A stretch of 64,000 nucleotides of DNA from Vicugna vicugna (GCA_013265495.1 MU062841.1:2914001-2978000); one strand, 5' to 3'. Counted from the stretch's first letter, positions 35,809 through 49,508 are shown. Notes: generated by a model from the sequence alone, not told the origin. Numbers and translations are program-made.

Positions 35809-36985
35809 AGGCTGGAGCGCACCCCCCCACACCCTTGGGGACACACTGGGAGGCGCAGTGACAAGAGTCCTGACCTTGGAACCTGAAGATCTCATCCACA
35901 GTCGTGTGATTTGGGAGAAAAGCCTCTCACCCTCTAAGGGCCTGACCACTGCACTGTACACTGCTTCCTGAGCTAGCTACTCTCCAAGCTGCCTTCCCGT
36001 TCATTTGTTTCTAAAAGGTGTAAATCATGGAAGATGAAGTTCTGTCCCAGAAAGAAGATTTTCAGATTAAAAGAACAAACCCAGACACAAATGTTTGATT
36101 AAACCATTGGGAGAGCCACATGAGACATGTCTGTGGACCATATGTGACCCTAAGTGGCTTCTGGGCCACCAGTTTGCAATCTTAGCCATGAACATCCTGA
36201 TGCTTATTAAGCTATTATCGCGCAGCCACCCTTCTGGCCCCTACTTTGTCTACAAATCAGTGTGCTTTGCAGGCTGCTCCCTGCTAGGTCCTGCCAATAG
36301 GGGGCACTAAAAGGAGGCTTAAAGGCTGGTGAAGGAAAAAGGACCTGTTCTTTCTGTCCCTGTAAGTTTTACCGGAGCAACACGTCTTCACCCTGGCAGC
36401 AGCAATTCCCTTCCACAGCGACAGCTGAATCCAATGAGCAGAACCAGACATCCTGCCTTCCCTCCCCTCCCACAGCAGTACCAGCCAACCAGGGTCCCCT
36501 CTCTGGAGATCTGAGCTGTGGCTCCATGGGGCTCCCTTCTCTGAGCTTCTAAGTTATCATAATTCCAATTTCTTCCCTTTATTCCCACAGCCCTAGGGGT
36601 GGCAGCTGCTCCCTACCGTCGCCACCTCAGTATACGTTTTACAAACATTTCACTTAGCCAGTTAATAATTTTTCACATTGAATTCTCTCTGTTCCAATAA
36701 CTGCTATGTTTTCTGTCTCCTACCTACACCCTGACTGATCCAGATGCAGAGGCAGATTGATGAATCTTAGAGATCAGACACTGAGCTCAGTCCCTTAGCT
36801 GTGCTAGATGACGAGGCTGAGCCCCAGAGAAGGTCAGTGACTCTCCTGGAAACGCTCTGCTGGCCCAGGACCTGCTGACCCTGCACTCTGGTCTCCTGGC
36901 TCCGAGCCCAGTGCTTTTCCTACCAAACTTCGCTGTCCAAAGCAAAGAAGGAACTAGAAAGAACAAAAAGAGCTTCTCAAAATGC

Positions 36986-37514
36986 TGTGGTAGGGATCAC
37001 AACACACAGCTTCCAAATATGCCACTTTGATAGAAGGGTTATTTTGAGCTGAAGACAGTTGAGAAAGAGCAGATTCCAAAAAAGAAAAAAAAAAAAAAGC
37101 TCTTTGCCTTTCCCCTTAACCCACATTTGCCTAAGAGCAGGCTTACACTCTAAATCACAGAGAGACTCTTATCAACCCAGAGACAACACAAAGAAGCATC
37201 TGCATAACAAACCTTACTAAAGGAACTCTGTATTAGTTTGCCCCATCTGTTTACCTTCCCACCGTTTGCCACTCTTGGGAATCTAAAACCCTAGTTGTCT
37301 TGTCATTTCTCTACAAATGCATTGTTCCTTGTGAAGATGCTTTCTAAGCCCAAATTCTAACCCTCCCTAGAGTGACCCATGAGTATGTGCACCATGCATG
37401 TTAATAAAGTCTCTTTGCTTTTCTCTTGTTAATCTGTCTTTTATCAGTTTAGTTTGCAGGCCCCCAGGCACTGAACCTAGGAGGGTAGAAGGAAGAAGTT
37501 TTTCTCCCCCTGCA
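36986..37514 (+). mobile_element. ERV1-class solo LTR (MER34/MER39-like)
   Basis: ccaaatatgccactttt...ttattttgagctgaagacagttgagaa, AATAAA at ~37403, ends tttttctccccctgca. No clear TSD. Confidence 0.75.
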
Positions 37515-38573
37515 CTATCTTGAGAGGCCATGAGAAGGGAGAATAGAAGAAAAATGAGCCTATGTACAGAGAAGAGAATTAGAAATGGCTGTGCTACTGA
37601 ACTCATTTAAAATCTGTCTTTCACAGAAGAAATTAAGACAATAAATTTGGAAAATTGGAGTGCAATGGAGTTATCAAAAATGACTTCAGCGTAAAGCGGA
37701 TAAGGGACTAGTTAGAAAGTGGGAAAGTTTGTCCTTCAATTGCATTCAACGTGCTCAGAGGCATTTTAAGGCAATGTCTCCGCTAATAACACTGAACTTT
37801 TGGAGGTAATTAAAAGCCATGATTGCTACTTGCAGAGTAGGAGGGATGGAGGTGAAAGGAGGGGGATGTTTTGGGACGAGAAGGGCTTTCCATCGGTGAT
37901 AACACCACAAAATGGAATACCCTTCCCTGGAAGAGGGAGGAACCCACTCTGACAGGTGCCTATAAAAGGAAGAGCCCAGTCTTGAGGCACAAGTCATGAG
38001 ACACAAGACTTAAGTCGGTCATGGTTACAGTGCTTGCTCACGGACTAGCAGCAGCATGACCATAGGCACCCTGCTCAGCTTCTCTGATCCTTGCTCCTCC
38101 TTTCTAAGAGACCAGTGCTCACCTTGCAGAGCTGTGAGGGGGTTATGTAGGACAGTGGGTTGAACATGTCTAGCAGAATGCCTGGCCCTAAAGTAAATGC
38201 ACACGTGCTAAATGCCGCTGTTTCTATGAGCGGTGCCGATTAGAATCGGCTGGGACCTGAGACTGGAAAGATGAAAATAAGTTGGTGGTATTTTAAAAAT
38301 CAAACCAACCATATATCAGACCTTGAGGAAAGAGGATCAAGACTAGCGGAAGAAGCTTATTTATAGCAGCATGCCCTTTAAGTGTACCTCCCTCTCTCCT
38401 TACCTGAAAAGGAAGCCAGCTTCCAATATAAAGCTCTCTTTGACAAAAATATTTTCAAGTTTCCTCTAACAAGACTTGTGGGGGAGGTACTTCTTTTTTC
38501 GCTAACTCTTCTGTTTCTTAAGTTCTCAGATTAAATGTCATCTCCTTAGAGAGGCAGCCCTGGTGTTCCAACC

Positions 38574-38906
38574 TAGGACTCAACACACTTTTTCTATAAA
38601 GGATCAGAGAATAAATATTTGGCTTGCAAATAATTTACTTTGCCGATGCCTGGTGGTCTGTGACATAGTCTTCTTCCCTTTTTTCTTTATAATCCCTTAA
38701 AAATGGAAAAACAAGGTGGGGAGGGTATAGCTCATGTGGTAGAGTGCATGCTTAGCATGAACCAGGTCCTGGGTTCAATCCCCAGAACCTCCTCCAAAAA
38801 TAAATATGTAAATAAACTTAATTTCCTCCCCACCAAAACAAAAATTTTTTTAATTTAAAAATAAATACAGGCCACAGACCCGTGGGCCATAGTTTGCAGA
38901 CCCCAT
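38574..38906. mobile_element. MER58B-like hAT MITE interrupted by a SINE
   Basis: 5' actttttctataaaggatcagagaataaatattt; 3' cccgtgggccatagtttgcagacccc. Confidence 0.65.
38718..38850 (+). mobile_element. tRNA-derived SINE (camelid Vic-1-like)
   Basis: ggggagggtatagctcatgtggtagagtgcatgcttagcatg...ggtcctgggttcaatccccag (A and B boxes), then an A-rich tail. Confidence 0.85.
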
Positions 38907-41661
38907 CTCGCCCCCAGTGTTATTCTGTCATCCCTGTGTTATCCTGGTCTTTCTGCATCATACTTCTTCCTTCATGTCACATATGTCTACTTGCTATTGC
39001 GTATTTACGGGTTCAACGTTTGTCAAACTCCTTTAATGGCAAACTCATGGAGGACGGACCTTTGCCAGTTCTGTCTGAGTGGAGCTCGCCCTGTATCTCT
39101 AGCATCCAGAGCAGAGAAAGATACACAGTAAGCTCTCCAGTAATATTTTTCCAAGAAATAAACAAAATAATATTAAAATAATTCATATCCACTGCAGAAA
39201 AAACTGAAGAATACATTACAAATGTATAAAAGGTAAAGCCAAAACCAGCCATCCTACCACCACTCAAAGACAGCTATTATTAGTATGTTTATTCTTCGTA
39301 TTTGTACGCATACAACTACGTGGTTGAGACCATTCCGTAATGGAAATTTCATAACCTGTTTTTTCCACTTGATAAATAACTCAGCGAAGAACATCTCTGT
39401 GCATATGTCCTTGTCCGCATTGCTGGTTATTGGCTCAGAATTGATTCCAAGAAATGAAATCATGAGGTCAAAGAGCTTCTTGGGACACGGCGCTGAATTT
39501 CTTTCCAGAGAGCTGGTATGGATCATCAACCTCTCGCCACCTCTAGAGATGCTTTTCACAACAGACAGGATACACTCTCTCAGCGCCAGAGGCAGCAGTT
39601 GAAGAGATGAACAATCAGACTGGGCTGGCTTGGCTGGCTTATCTGTGATGTGAAAGAGGAGCCCCTGCATGATAATCTTCTTTAATTTAGCAATTAACCA
39701 AGGACAAAGAAGGCACTTTTTAACATTTTTGTTTTGCTTGAATACCTAGAAATTAAGTGTATTAATTATCCTGGGAGGATTCTGAGCTCCCTTCTCCTGC
39801 AGCCACTCCAATATTTATTTGACTGCATGCATATGCTTTGCAGGAATAAAATCCAGCGTCTCTCAGTGGAACTATTTGTATTCCACTTCTTTATTATTTC
39901 ACCAAATATACCTTTTTGAAGGGTAATGTTCTCTTGGACTAGGGTCTGGGAGTCAGAGATCCAAAAGGTGGTAAATGTGGTAACTGTTGAACGTATATGG
40001 GAACCCCCCAGAGAAGCCTCACTTTGGTATCAGGTCATGGGTATCCATCTGCACACCTCTATGAAGTCAGATGCCTTGGGTAAGTTGGCCAAGTGCTTTG
40101 TTTATAGGACATACGGATGCTTGAAAACTTCTGGGATGAGTAAGTACTTTCTTTTGGGTCTCAGTGCTTAGCACAGAAAGGGTTTCACTTCAACAATCTA
40201 TCTAGTGGAAACCAACCTGCCAATCACCATACTGGACTCTCCTAGTACTTTGTGCAGTCAACTCAAGTGAACGAATCTTTGGAAGCAGGCTAACTTTCCT
40301 GGTCTACTGAAAGTTGGAATTCTCCAAAATGTCACATAAGATGTTTGGAAACAAGTGTGGAGAGGAGAAAGGAAGGGACAAAGGAATCAGCACCTCCTAA
40401 GACACTACCATGTGCTAGGTACTGTGCTAGGTGATGTATGTAAAAATTCCAATTTGTCATTCCAACCATGTGAGGGAAGTGTTAATCCTTTAACAGATGA
40501 GGTTAAGAGCTTTCCTCTCTGATCACAATGATTGAAATATCTAAGTAAATTTTTCTAATATCTGATGGGAAGAAATCCCGCTTTATTGTTGGGTGATTCA
40601 TCAGTGCCCCAAATTATGGAGTGGTCCACGAGAAAAGATGCACCGATACTATTCAAGGACACCAGGGCTGGAGGCATTTGTCACTCTGTCTGAGGACACA
40701 GGTCATTCACTCACTCTTGGTTCTTCAGCTCAAGAGAAGACATGACCCTACAGAAGAGCAGAATCATCCTTCCTGGAACTTCTAGGTTCTGCTTGTAGCC
40801 AACAGACCCAGATATAGGGGTCTGCAGGTGGGCTGGGGAATCTGAGGGACAGAGACCCCGCTTCAGCAACATAGTGAAAGGACGGGGCTTTAAACCTATA
40901 GGTTTAGGAAGGATAGGAAAGCGTTCTTTGTCTAGCCATACTTATGGGAAATTAGAGACCCTGCAAGGAAGTCTAGAGACTTTATCATCCCAGGTAATGC
41001 ATAACTAAGCTCAAGCCACAAGGCAGTATTTTGGGCCAAACAGTAAGTCTGGAAGGATACCCAGACCTCAGATCCCTCGCCATGCCTTTGGTGAGTGGGA
41101 GACAGGCCCACAGTCATGGCAGAAGCAATTGTAACAGAAAAAAATTCAGGACGCTAGTGAGGTTTCTGCCCAGGGCTTAGCTTAGCCCTGAGGCAACGGG
41201 GTATCTGACATGTACCTTAATATTCTCTCAAGCTGATAACAAGAATCATTAAGAAATATTCCTTGAAGATGCTGTGAGAACCCTGAAATTGCCTATTCAC
41301 ATATGACCACACTAGAGACATCTCAGAAAAGCAGAGATTTCCTTTTGGTACTTCTCAATGCAGGTGAGAAGGGGTATCACCTGGGCTAAAGCCAGCAGAG
41401 GTGTGACATCTCTGATGGCTCTCCTGGGCACTGTGGGCATCTCAGATATGATCGTCACCCACTGAGACTCAGCAATCCCTCAACCACTCTACTAAAGCCC
41501 AAATTGTGGCTGACACTGTGGTCATTTCTAGAAGGTAGAGTAATGTATCTGATGAGATCTAGGACCAGTCCAGGGGAATCATAATAGGGCTGATTAGTTG
41601 CAGATTTTGGCTAAAAGCTAGATGCTGAGACAGGAGTAGCAGATAAAAGATCAAGAGAGGA

Positions 41662-42160
41662 GTCCATCAACAAGTGAATGGACAAAGAAAACGTATATAT
41701 ATGCACTGGAATACTACTCAGCCATAAAAAAGAATGAAATTTTGCCATTTGCAGCAACATGAATGGACTTGGAGGGTAATATGCTTGGTGAAATAAGTCA
41801 GACAGAGAAAGACAAATACTGTATGATATCACTTATATGTAGAATCTAAAAAATACAACTAACTAGTGAACGTAGTAAAAAAAAGAAGAAGCAGACTCAC
41901 AGATACAGAGAACAAATTAATGGTTACCAGTGGGGAAAGGTTAAAGGGGAAGGACAATAGGACAATAAAGTGGTAAGAGATTAAGAGGTACAAACTATTA
42001 TATATAAAATAAGCTACAAGGATATATTGTACAACACAGGAAATACAACCAATATTTTATAATAACTGTAAATGGAGTATAATTCTTAAAAAATGTGAAT
42101 CACAATATTGTACACTTGTAACATATAATATTGTACACCAACTGTATTTCAATTAAAAAA
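41662..42160 (+). mobile_element. 5'-truncated L1 (~500 bp) with TSD
   Basis: ggaatactactcagccataaaaaagaatgaaattttgccatttgcagcaacat...caactgtatttcaattaaaaaa. TSD AAAA(G/A)ATCAAG(A/C)GAGGA at 41645-41661 and 42157-42173. Confidence 0.9.
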
Positions 42161-43430
42161 AATCAAGCGAGGAAACCAAGTTCTTTACCAAGGAAATTTG
42201 TTCAGCCCCATTCTCTACATATAAGCATGTATGGAAAAGGGGCATAGAGATTAAATAAATCTCAGTCTTCTGTTTTCAAAAACACTCACAATATAGCAGA
42301 AATAAAGAGGTGAAAACAAGTTAAGTTGTGGAGCATGGCAGGGGTCAGAGAAGAGCCACAGCAAGAACTCTGGCACGTCGGTAACTGGAAAGACGATGGG
42401 AGCCAAGCTTGGCTGTCTTAGAACAAGCAGATGGCTGGGGGTAGTGGGGGATGGTTGGATGGGGGTGCACAGGGCTGAGCTTCCCATCAAGGCATCAGAA
42501 GGTGATGAGGCTCGTTATTGACAGAGGTCAAACTCACGACCTTCCAGAATTTGGATGTCTTTTTGGTACAGTGACTCTGCACAGGCTGCCTTGTCTTCAA
42601 AGAACATTATCTTCTATGTTACCATAGAATTGATTTACAGCCGGACTGAAAAAGATCTATCTTTCTCTCCAGGGACACCTGGATATCTGGCTCTGACTTG
42701 TGGCCAAGATAAAGACAATGAGATTGTGATGTGCTGTTTAAAGTCTGAAACTCCCCTGGCCATCCCAAGGGCCAGTTCGTTTACTCATGGTTTTCAGAGG
42801 CATAACTGTTTAGTCAACATGGCTCAACCACACAACCAGAAGGACAAGAAAACCCCTCTGGAAACTTCTGCCTTCAGCTCTCTCAAAGTGAAGATTTCCT
42901 GCACAGGTCTTGGTGGTTTTACCTGGAGACAGGTTCAAGGACCCTGAGGACTGTGCCTAGATGTGTCTTGATTCCCCAGTGCTTGCCTACACTCTCTCTG
43001 CTCCACTGTGTTCTTTGCTTTTAAATAAGAGCCTCTGTGACTATCCTCAGAGGAGTCTTGTGAATCCTTTCAAATATCCAAAGTGATGAAATCTTTTCAC
43101 CTCTTAGCCCAGGATTTCAAAAGCAGGTGCCTTCAGGGGCCAGGCAGTAAATGCGAATGAGTCAAGTTGAGAAGGCATACTTGATAGCAAGCAGGAGGGA
43201 CCAGGGATACACACCCATCTAAAGGAAGCAGCCATGCTTTACTTCAGCCAGTTGCTGTGTTATAGAAAATATACCCTATTCCTACAGTTTCAAAAAGAAC
43301 TAGAAATTTGATTTCTAAATAAAATTCTTTGCTTTTTAAAACACTCTACTAACCAAACAATTATTTTCATCCAATGTTTGTGAACCCTATGTGACAGAGA
43401 TCTATGCAGGTTTTAATATTACTATGTTAG

Positions 43431-43522
43431 TAGCCTATACTGAAAAGAATATGAAAAGGAATTTATTTATATATGTATAACACAACATTGTAGACCAACT
43501 ATACTTCAATAAAATAAACAAA
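43431..43522 (+). mobile_element. Ultra-short L1 3'-end insertion (~92 bp) with 16-bp TSD
   Basis: tagcctatactgaaaagaatatgaaaagga...caactatacttcaataaaataa. TSD AATATTA(C/G)TATGTTAG at 43415-43430 and 43523-43538. Confidence 0.85.
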
Positions 43523-43849
43523 AATATTAGTATGTTAGGAAAGTGAGTATTCATACTTTTGTTGACATAAAATGTATCTCATGGGTCAGATATTTTAATT
43601 TTTCTACTCCTATGACAATTAACCTTAATTTTCTCTTTACCTTTTTATCAGGTATTGCCTACCCCCTGGATAGTGATGTTCTGTGCTCTTCCCCATCGGG
43701 TCTTCACACTGCTTCGTCTTCCATCCAGCACATTCTTTGTTCAGATGTGGCTCCTTCCCATGCTCCAGGCCAAAGCTTCCTTGACCACCCACCCACTGTG
43801 GCCTCTCCCTCCAACAGGTGGAGTCACAAAGACCAGTTTCAAGACCATT

Positions 43850-45680
43850 AGTTCCCAAGGGAGGGGAGCACTACTGATGGCTTGGGGTGGGATGATGGAT
43901 AGCAGTGGAAGTGGTAAGAAGTGGCTGGATGGATTTTAGAGGTAAAGCCAAGAGAGGACGGTATATAAAGTAGAGATTGGATCAGGTCTCCGAAGAAGTG
44001 AGTGGCAAGAGAGAGGAGATTCTAGGTTGAGTAGTGACATGTTCCCATGTTTAAGGGTCAGAAAGATGAAGAGAAACCAGCAGTGGAGAATAAGAAGGAA
44101 TGGCCAGTGGAACAGCAGGAAAACTGGAGGCAGGGATAGCCTAGAAGTCCACTAAGGGAAACGTATCAAGGAGAAGGGAGGGGTCAGCTCTTACAGCTGC
44201 TGCTGACAGGCCAAGAAAGCTGAGGACTGAGAATGGACCACAGGATTGATCAAGCAGGGGTCACTAGTGATCTAGACAGGAACAGTTTTCTAAAGTGTTG
44301 GGGACTAAATCCTGCTCACAGTGGATATAAGTGAGGATGGGAAGTGAGGACTTGGATTCTGTGAGTTTTACTGAAAACAGAATAGAGAAATGGAGAGGGC
44401 ATGCGTGGGGTCAAGATCAGGGAAGCTCCGATCATGTATCATGTTTGTGTGCGGAGGAAAATGGGAATTACAAAAGTGATGCTCTGGGGAGGTAGGTAAG
44501 AGGGGATGGGAATCTAGTGTGGGAGAGGACAGATGAGCCTCTCAGCTCCTCCACGGCAACAGGAATAAGGTGAAGGCACAGAGGCAGTTAGGAAGGTAAG
44601 AGTGGTGGCAGGAGCTCCAAGATTTCTTTTCTGGTTGCTTCTGTTTTCTCAGTGGATGAGGAACTGAGTTCATTATGCTGAGGGTAACGATGGGGAGGAG
44701 GGCCTGGGGATTGAAGAATAGAAGATAAGGCACGAAACAGCCATCAAGGAGAGTGGGAAAGTGAATGGTTCAGGGAAACGAAGGATGATGTCTGGCAGCA
44801 TAAGGGTCCCCTTGAGGGTCTTGACAATGAATTTAAAGTGAGGCCAGTGAACCACGTTGTGCACATCTCACCAGCCATGTTCAGCTACAGGGTACCGGGA
44901 CAGACTGATGAAGAGTTGGTGTAAACAGAACTGGGGAACACAACAAAGTGAGGGAGGCACGAGGAAACTGGTGGCATACCCAGGGAATGGTTATGATTCT
45001 GGTTCACAGAGCTTAAGTTCAGTGAAGAATGGGGTGAGGACAAGAGGATGGTAAGAGACAGCCCAAAAGGCTGTAGGTGTCCGTGACGTTGAACAATTGT
45101 AGAAGCTAGAGGACTAGACAGAGTGAGCTAGAAAGACAGAAGGAGCACTTGACATTGGGATTGTGGAGGGGTTGGAGTTATTGACAGTGATATGAGCTGG
45201 AGTAAGACCAGGACAGTAAGAGACTTAGAAGGGGGACATAATTGCCGAAGACTTTAAGGAACAAAGACACTAGGGTACTGGAAAATGCTTACTGAAATCA
45301 CCGAGAATTGTAATGGAAATAGTGTTGGATGGTGACAGTAAACCTAGAACTAAAATCCTCAAGGAACCAGGGGGTCAGTAGATGACTTCTACAAGGTGGG
45401 TTACACTCTGGGTGATACACTCTGATGACAGGAGATTCAAGTAAGGGATGTTTTAGAAAGGAGGGAGGGCGAATGGTCTTGGCGTGTTACTGAGGAGCTA
45501 AGAGGAGCTATGGAACAGGGATGTGGAGTAGGAGAAAGAAAAGAGCCACCCACTAAGAATGCAGGGCTAAGGAATGTCCTCAGGGAAGCAAGAAAGGTAA
45601 ATGGCTGTAAGAGAAGACCTTGAGGAGTGAGGATTAGATAAGAAAAACACAAAGGATGCACAGAGCTGTAAGGGGAAGAA
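43850..45680 (-). mobile_element. Long degenerate L2 LINE
   Basis: Purine-rich plus strand with antisense-L2 motifs (ggtaagaagtggctggatggattttagaggtaaagccaa; aaggaatggccagtggaacagcaggaaaac). Boundaries approximate. Confidence 0.7.
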
Positions 45681-46339
45681 AGTCTGGGTGGAAAAGGAAC
45701 TTCTTGGGAGACACGGACGTCTCATGGTGACAACACACACAGTGATAAAGGTCGTGACAACAGTCCTGAAGGTCTCAAAACCAGTTTGGGGGGGTGGGGA
45801 GAAGTACTGAAGGACCTACCCAGAGCACACTGAATTCTGGAGCCCTCTTTGTTCCTGCCAATGGAAGGATGGAGGTTGGGAAGGGGGGTGGAGAACCACC
45901 TTACTTATTGTCTGTTTCCCCCTAAAATGAAAGAGGGACTTGCATGTCATTCATCAATGAGTCACTCAACAAATAATTGATTCCTTAAAGAGTTATTCAG
46001 TAAAATGAAGAAAGAAAATACAAAGCAAGGTCATATTTATTGGGTCCTTATTGGGCACTGTGATGAGCCCTTGATGTGAGCTCTCTTATTTAAGCCTCAC
46101 AATAGTTCTGAGGGGTAGTCACTAATAATATCTTAATTTTATAGATAAAAACCAGGGTTCAGGGAGGTGAAGTGACTTATCTAAGGTGAGATAGTGAGTG
46201 ACAGAGCCAAACTATAAAGTCAGACAGTCCTCCTGCAAAGCACTTACACATATGATAGACACTGTTGGTCACGTTCCCAACAAAACTTTTTCCCTCTTCT
46301 TCCTTGTTAAAGGGAACCGTAGTTTTTGTTAGGTTTTTG

Positions 46340-46780
46340 TTAGCTGTGCTCAGAGAAATTGCCACACACACACACACACCCAACCCTAGAGGATGAATCA
46401 TAGTTAATTTAAAATGGTCATGTGAATCCAATTCAGGGAGAGTAAAAAAAGATATATGTCTGTCAGGGGCTCCTGGACAATATTTTTGTGCCCAGTGAAA
46501 AAGAGAACATTGAAGAAGAGGTACTTTCTTGCCACCATCTCTCTTCCTATTTGGAAAGCCATCATGGGAGGATGTAGTATTTAGAGCTCTGGTGGTCATC
46601 TTGCAACCATGAGGGAAAGGCAAGGAGAATCACAAATGCCAGACCTCGAGCCCTGACATCACAGTAAGCCACTGACCCAAGCCTGGAACCACCTACTGTA
46701 AGAAATCTTGGTAAGTAAAGAATAAACATCTTCATGATTCAGAGTCATTGTTACCAGCAGTTGCATGCATCCTAGACACA
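46340..46780 (+). mobile_element. MaLR solo LTR (MLT1-like)
   Basis: ggtggtcatcttgcaaccatgagggaaagg...agccactgacccaagcctggaaccacctact...aataaacat...catcctagacaca. Confidence 0.65.
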
Positions 46781-49379
46781 TAGTGCCTCCTGGAAAAGGA
46801 ATCATACAGAGGAATGATCACCTGATTGATTCATACAGTCACTCCTTTAGAGCAAAAGGTGAGATAACTCGATGTAGAGGAAAGAGCTCTGTGCCAGTAG
46901 TCAGGGTCGCAGGTCCCGCTTTCGGAGCACATGACCTTGACCAACTTACTTCCTCCTCGGAGCTCAGTTTCCTCCAACTGGAAACAAAAGGTGTGCCAGG
47001 AGTTCTCCTTTACCCCTTCCCCATCTAATATTAGATGATTCTATAATGTGGTAAGTAATGGCTTATGCCTTATAATCTGTTGTCACATTTCCTTCAAAGG
47101 ATAAGACTTCCCTGCGTAGGACCCAAGGAGAGGTGAAGCAGAGAGGCCAAGGAAAGGATGCGACTTCTCTGGGCTATTTCCTGCACATCCCCAGTGAAGA
47201 TTGATGCACGCCTCTGAGTCAGCAAAATCTCCATTGTTGAAAGAGAAGATGCTCACTCTGCACATTTGAGCAGCTGGGCCAGTCCCCACAGAGAGAAGAG
47301 TGTTCACTTTCAGTCTGTTCAGCGGACCCCATGGGGCATGTCAAAGGCTATTACATTTCCAGGACCATCTATCTGACTCTCCCTTCCCTCCTCCCTGCCC
47401 TGCTAATATCTGAAACTTTCAAGCTTACTTCTCTGGAAACTAAATCAATCCTTTGCACAGTGAAAACCAACTCGTCCAGGCTTGCACTGCATTAGAGTTA
47501 TAAATAGAGAGACATTTTACACCCGCTGGCCTACAAAGACCCATTACAGCTGCACAGTCATGAACTCCACTTTGGGCGTGAGTGTTCCACCATCTGATGT
47601 GGTTCCTGGCGGGATGGGAGGGCGGGGGAGGCAGTCCTTTGTGCCTCTGCTGCTCTGGTCCGTACAGGGTGATGGTGCATCCCTTGGGACCCTTTTCACG
47701 GGAGGATGGTGGTACTGCTCTTCAGTTCCCTGACAGCCTGTTCTGGGCTGAGAGTCTATGCCTCGGGGATCACTGCAGGAATTTCATTGCCTGGGGTAAA
47801 ATCAGCACCTGGCCTCTCTGGCCCAGCCTGCTGGGACGTGGGCTACATCACCCTCTCACCTACAAAGATAAACTCCAGCCCTCTGATGGAGGCCTGGTGC
47901 CTACTTGGCAACTGCCTCTTATTGGAGTGATGCATTTTGCATAAAAGCTGGCTCAAGGTTACATATGTACTGGGCACCTGGAAACATCTTCTACAGGTGG
48001 CACAGCCAGGTAAAGGAGAAGCAATAGATTTTGAAGTCAGATACATACAGCTGGTTTCAACTAACTAGTTTTGACGAGTTACTTTAATCTCTTAGGGACT
48101 AAGTTTTCTTATTTGTAAAGTGGTGAAAATAATGCTTCCCTTGCAGGTCATTATAAGGATCAGAAATGTCATGTATAAAATGGATGCAAGGTTAAGAGTT
48201 TATCAAATCGTAACTCTTGGTGGTGGTAGTATAATTAGTATAAGTTGCTTTTAGTTTAGAAGAAAGGTAACAGAGGTTGTACCAGCACTGGGAAGTCACT
48301 GAGCCTTTAGCATCCGTTCCCTTTGCTTTCTGTGAAGAAATCTGTACATGAGAAAATAAACCTTCCAACCCCATTACTGTGAAGTAACCCACAGCGGACA
48401 CAAGTGGCAACGAGTGACAGCAAAGGACAAGAAAACTACCTTAGGGACTGCAGGCATCTCTTACAGTCTCCAAGCAGCTCTGCCCTCATCATGCAAACTG
48501 GGCATTATCACTCTGACCACTCACAGGGTCAGTAAAAGGTCACTGATCATCCCTAAAACCCTGTGCAAACACAAATGTTTTTGGGTCCGACTCCATTTTT
48601 TCACGCTGGTCAAGCTGTGTGCAAATATCCCAACCATCATCCTCCCCTTCCCCTTCTTCTCCTCCTCCTCCTCCTTCTCTCTCCAGTCAATGCTATTCCC
48701 TCCATGTAAAACTAAAACCTACACACATACAAGCGCCACATATCTTTGACTCAACCTTGATAAAGCCAAAGTAGAAATCCAGGATCCGTAAATTTGAACA
48801 AGCAGTTAATAATTAGAAGTTGCGGACACAAGGGCTTTCAGACTGAGGTGGGCTCTATCCTTTGATGTAGGACTCAGTTGAAAGACACACAAAAAAACAC
48901 AAACTAGCTGGAGACATGTGGGAAAAGTGCGTCACTCAAAGCTAAATCCATACTCAGCCTGGATCCCACATCATAAAAGTAAGGGTTTTGTCTTAAGAAG
49001 ATCTCTTTGCAAAATTTTTCTTAACCCCCATGGTTAATTGTGAAATAACTCTTAATCTTACGACTATAATGCTGGTAGTTGATTAGCTGGTTGGTGGGTT
49101 CATTGGTTGTACAGGAAATTGTTTTTATTCATTGTATGTTTGCTGCAGAAAATTGAATTTACTCATCAGCTTTGTAATAGCCAACCCTGTGACTATGAAT
49201 TCACTGTTCTTATTATAATAAAAATACAACCAGCTGTATAAAAATGTAAATCTCTTGAAGTTAAGAGCGGTTGTCTTCTTTGCGTAAGTCAGTCTGTTTT
49301 CTTCCTTGCATAAATTAAATAAGAAAAATGGTGCTTACAGCAGAGATATTTTAAAGCTTTATATAAAAATCTCGATTTG

Positions 49380-49507
49380 TCAAAACACTCAAACAATTTC
49401 AACTATTTCCTCTATATCCAAGAATTGCAGGTTTCTCCCTTGGACTATTCTAATGAACTTCAGCCAGGTCTCCCACCTCTGGTCTCTGTCTCTGAAAATC
49501 CATTTTT
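49380..49507 (+). mobile_element. L2 fragment, left half (split by the ERV-L insertion)
   Basis: ttggactattctaatgaacttcagccaggtctccc...aatccatttt aligns to the L2 motif ctggactactgcaatagcctcctaactggtctccc...aatccattct. Confidence 0.65.
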
Positions 49508-49508
49508 A

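Noticed and set aside
42555-42947. 130-aa plus-strand ORF
   Set aside because: No recognisable homology or splice context; length is within chance expectation for 64 kb.
48990-49260. AT-rich block with AATAAA resembling a retrocopied 3' UTR
   Set aside because: No poly(A) tail, TSD or recognisable parent gene.
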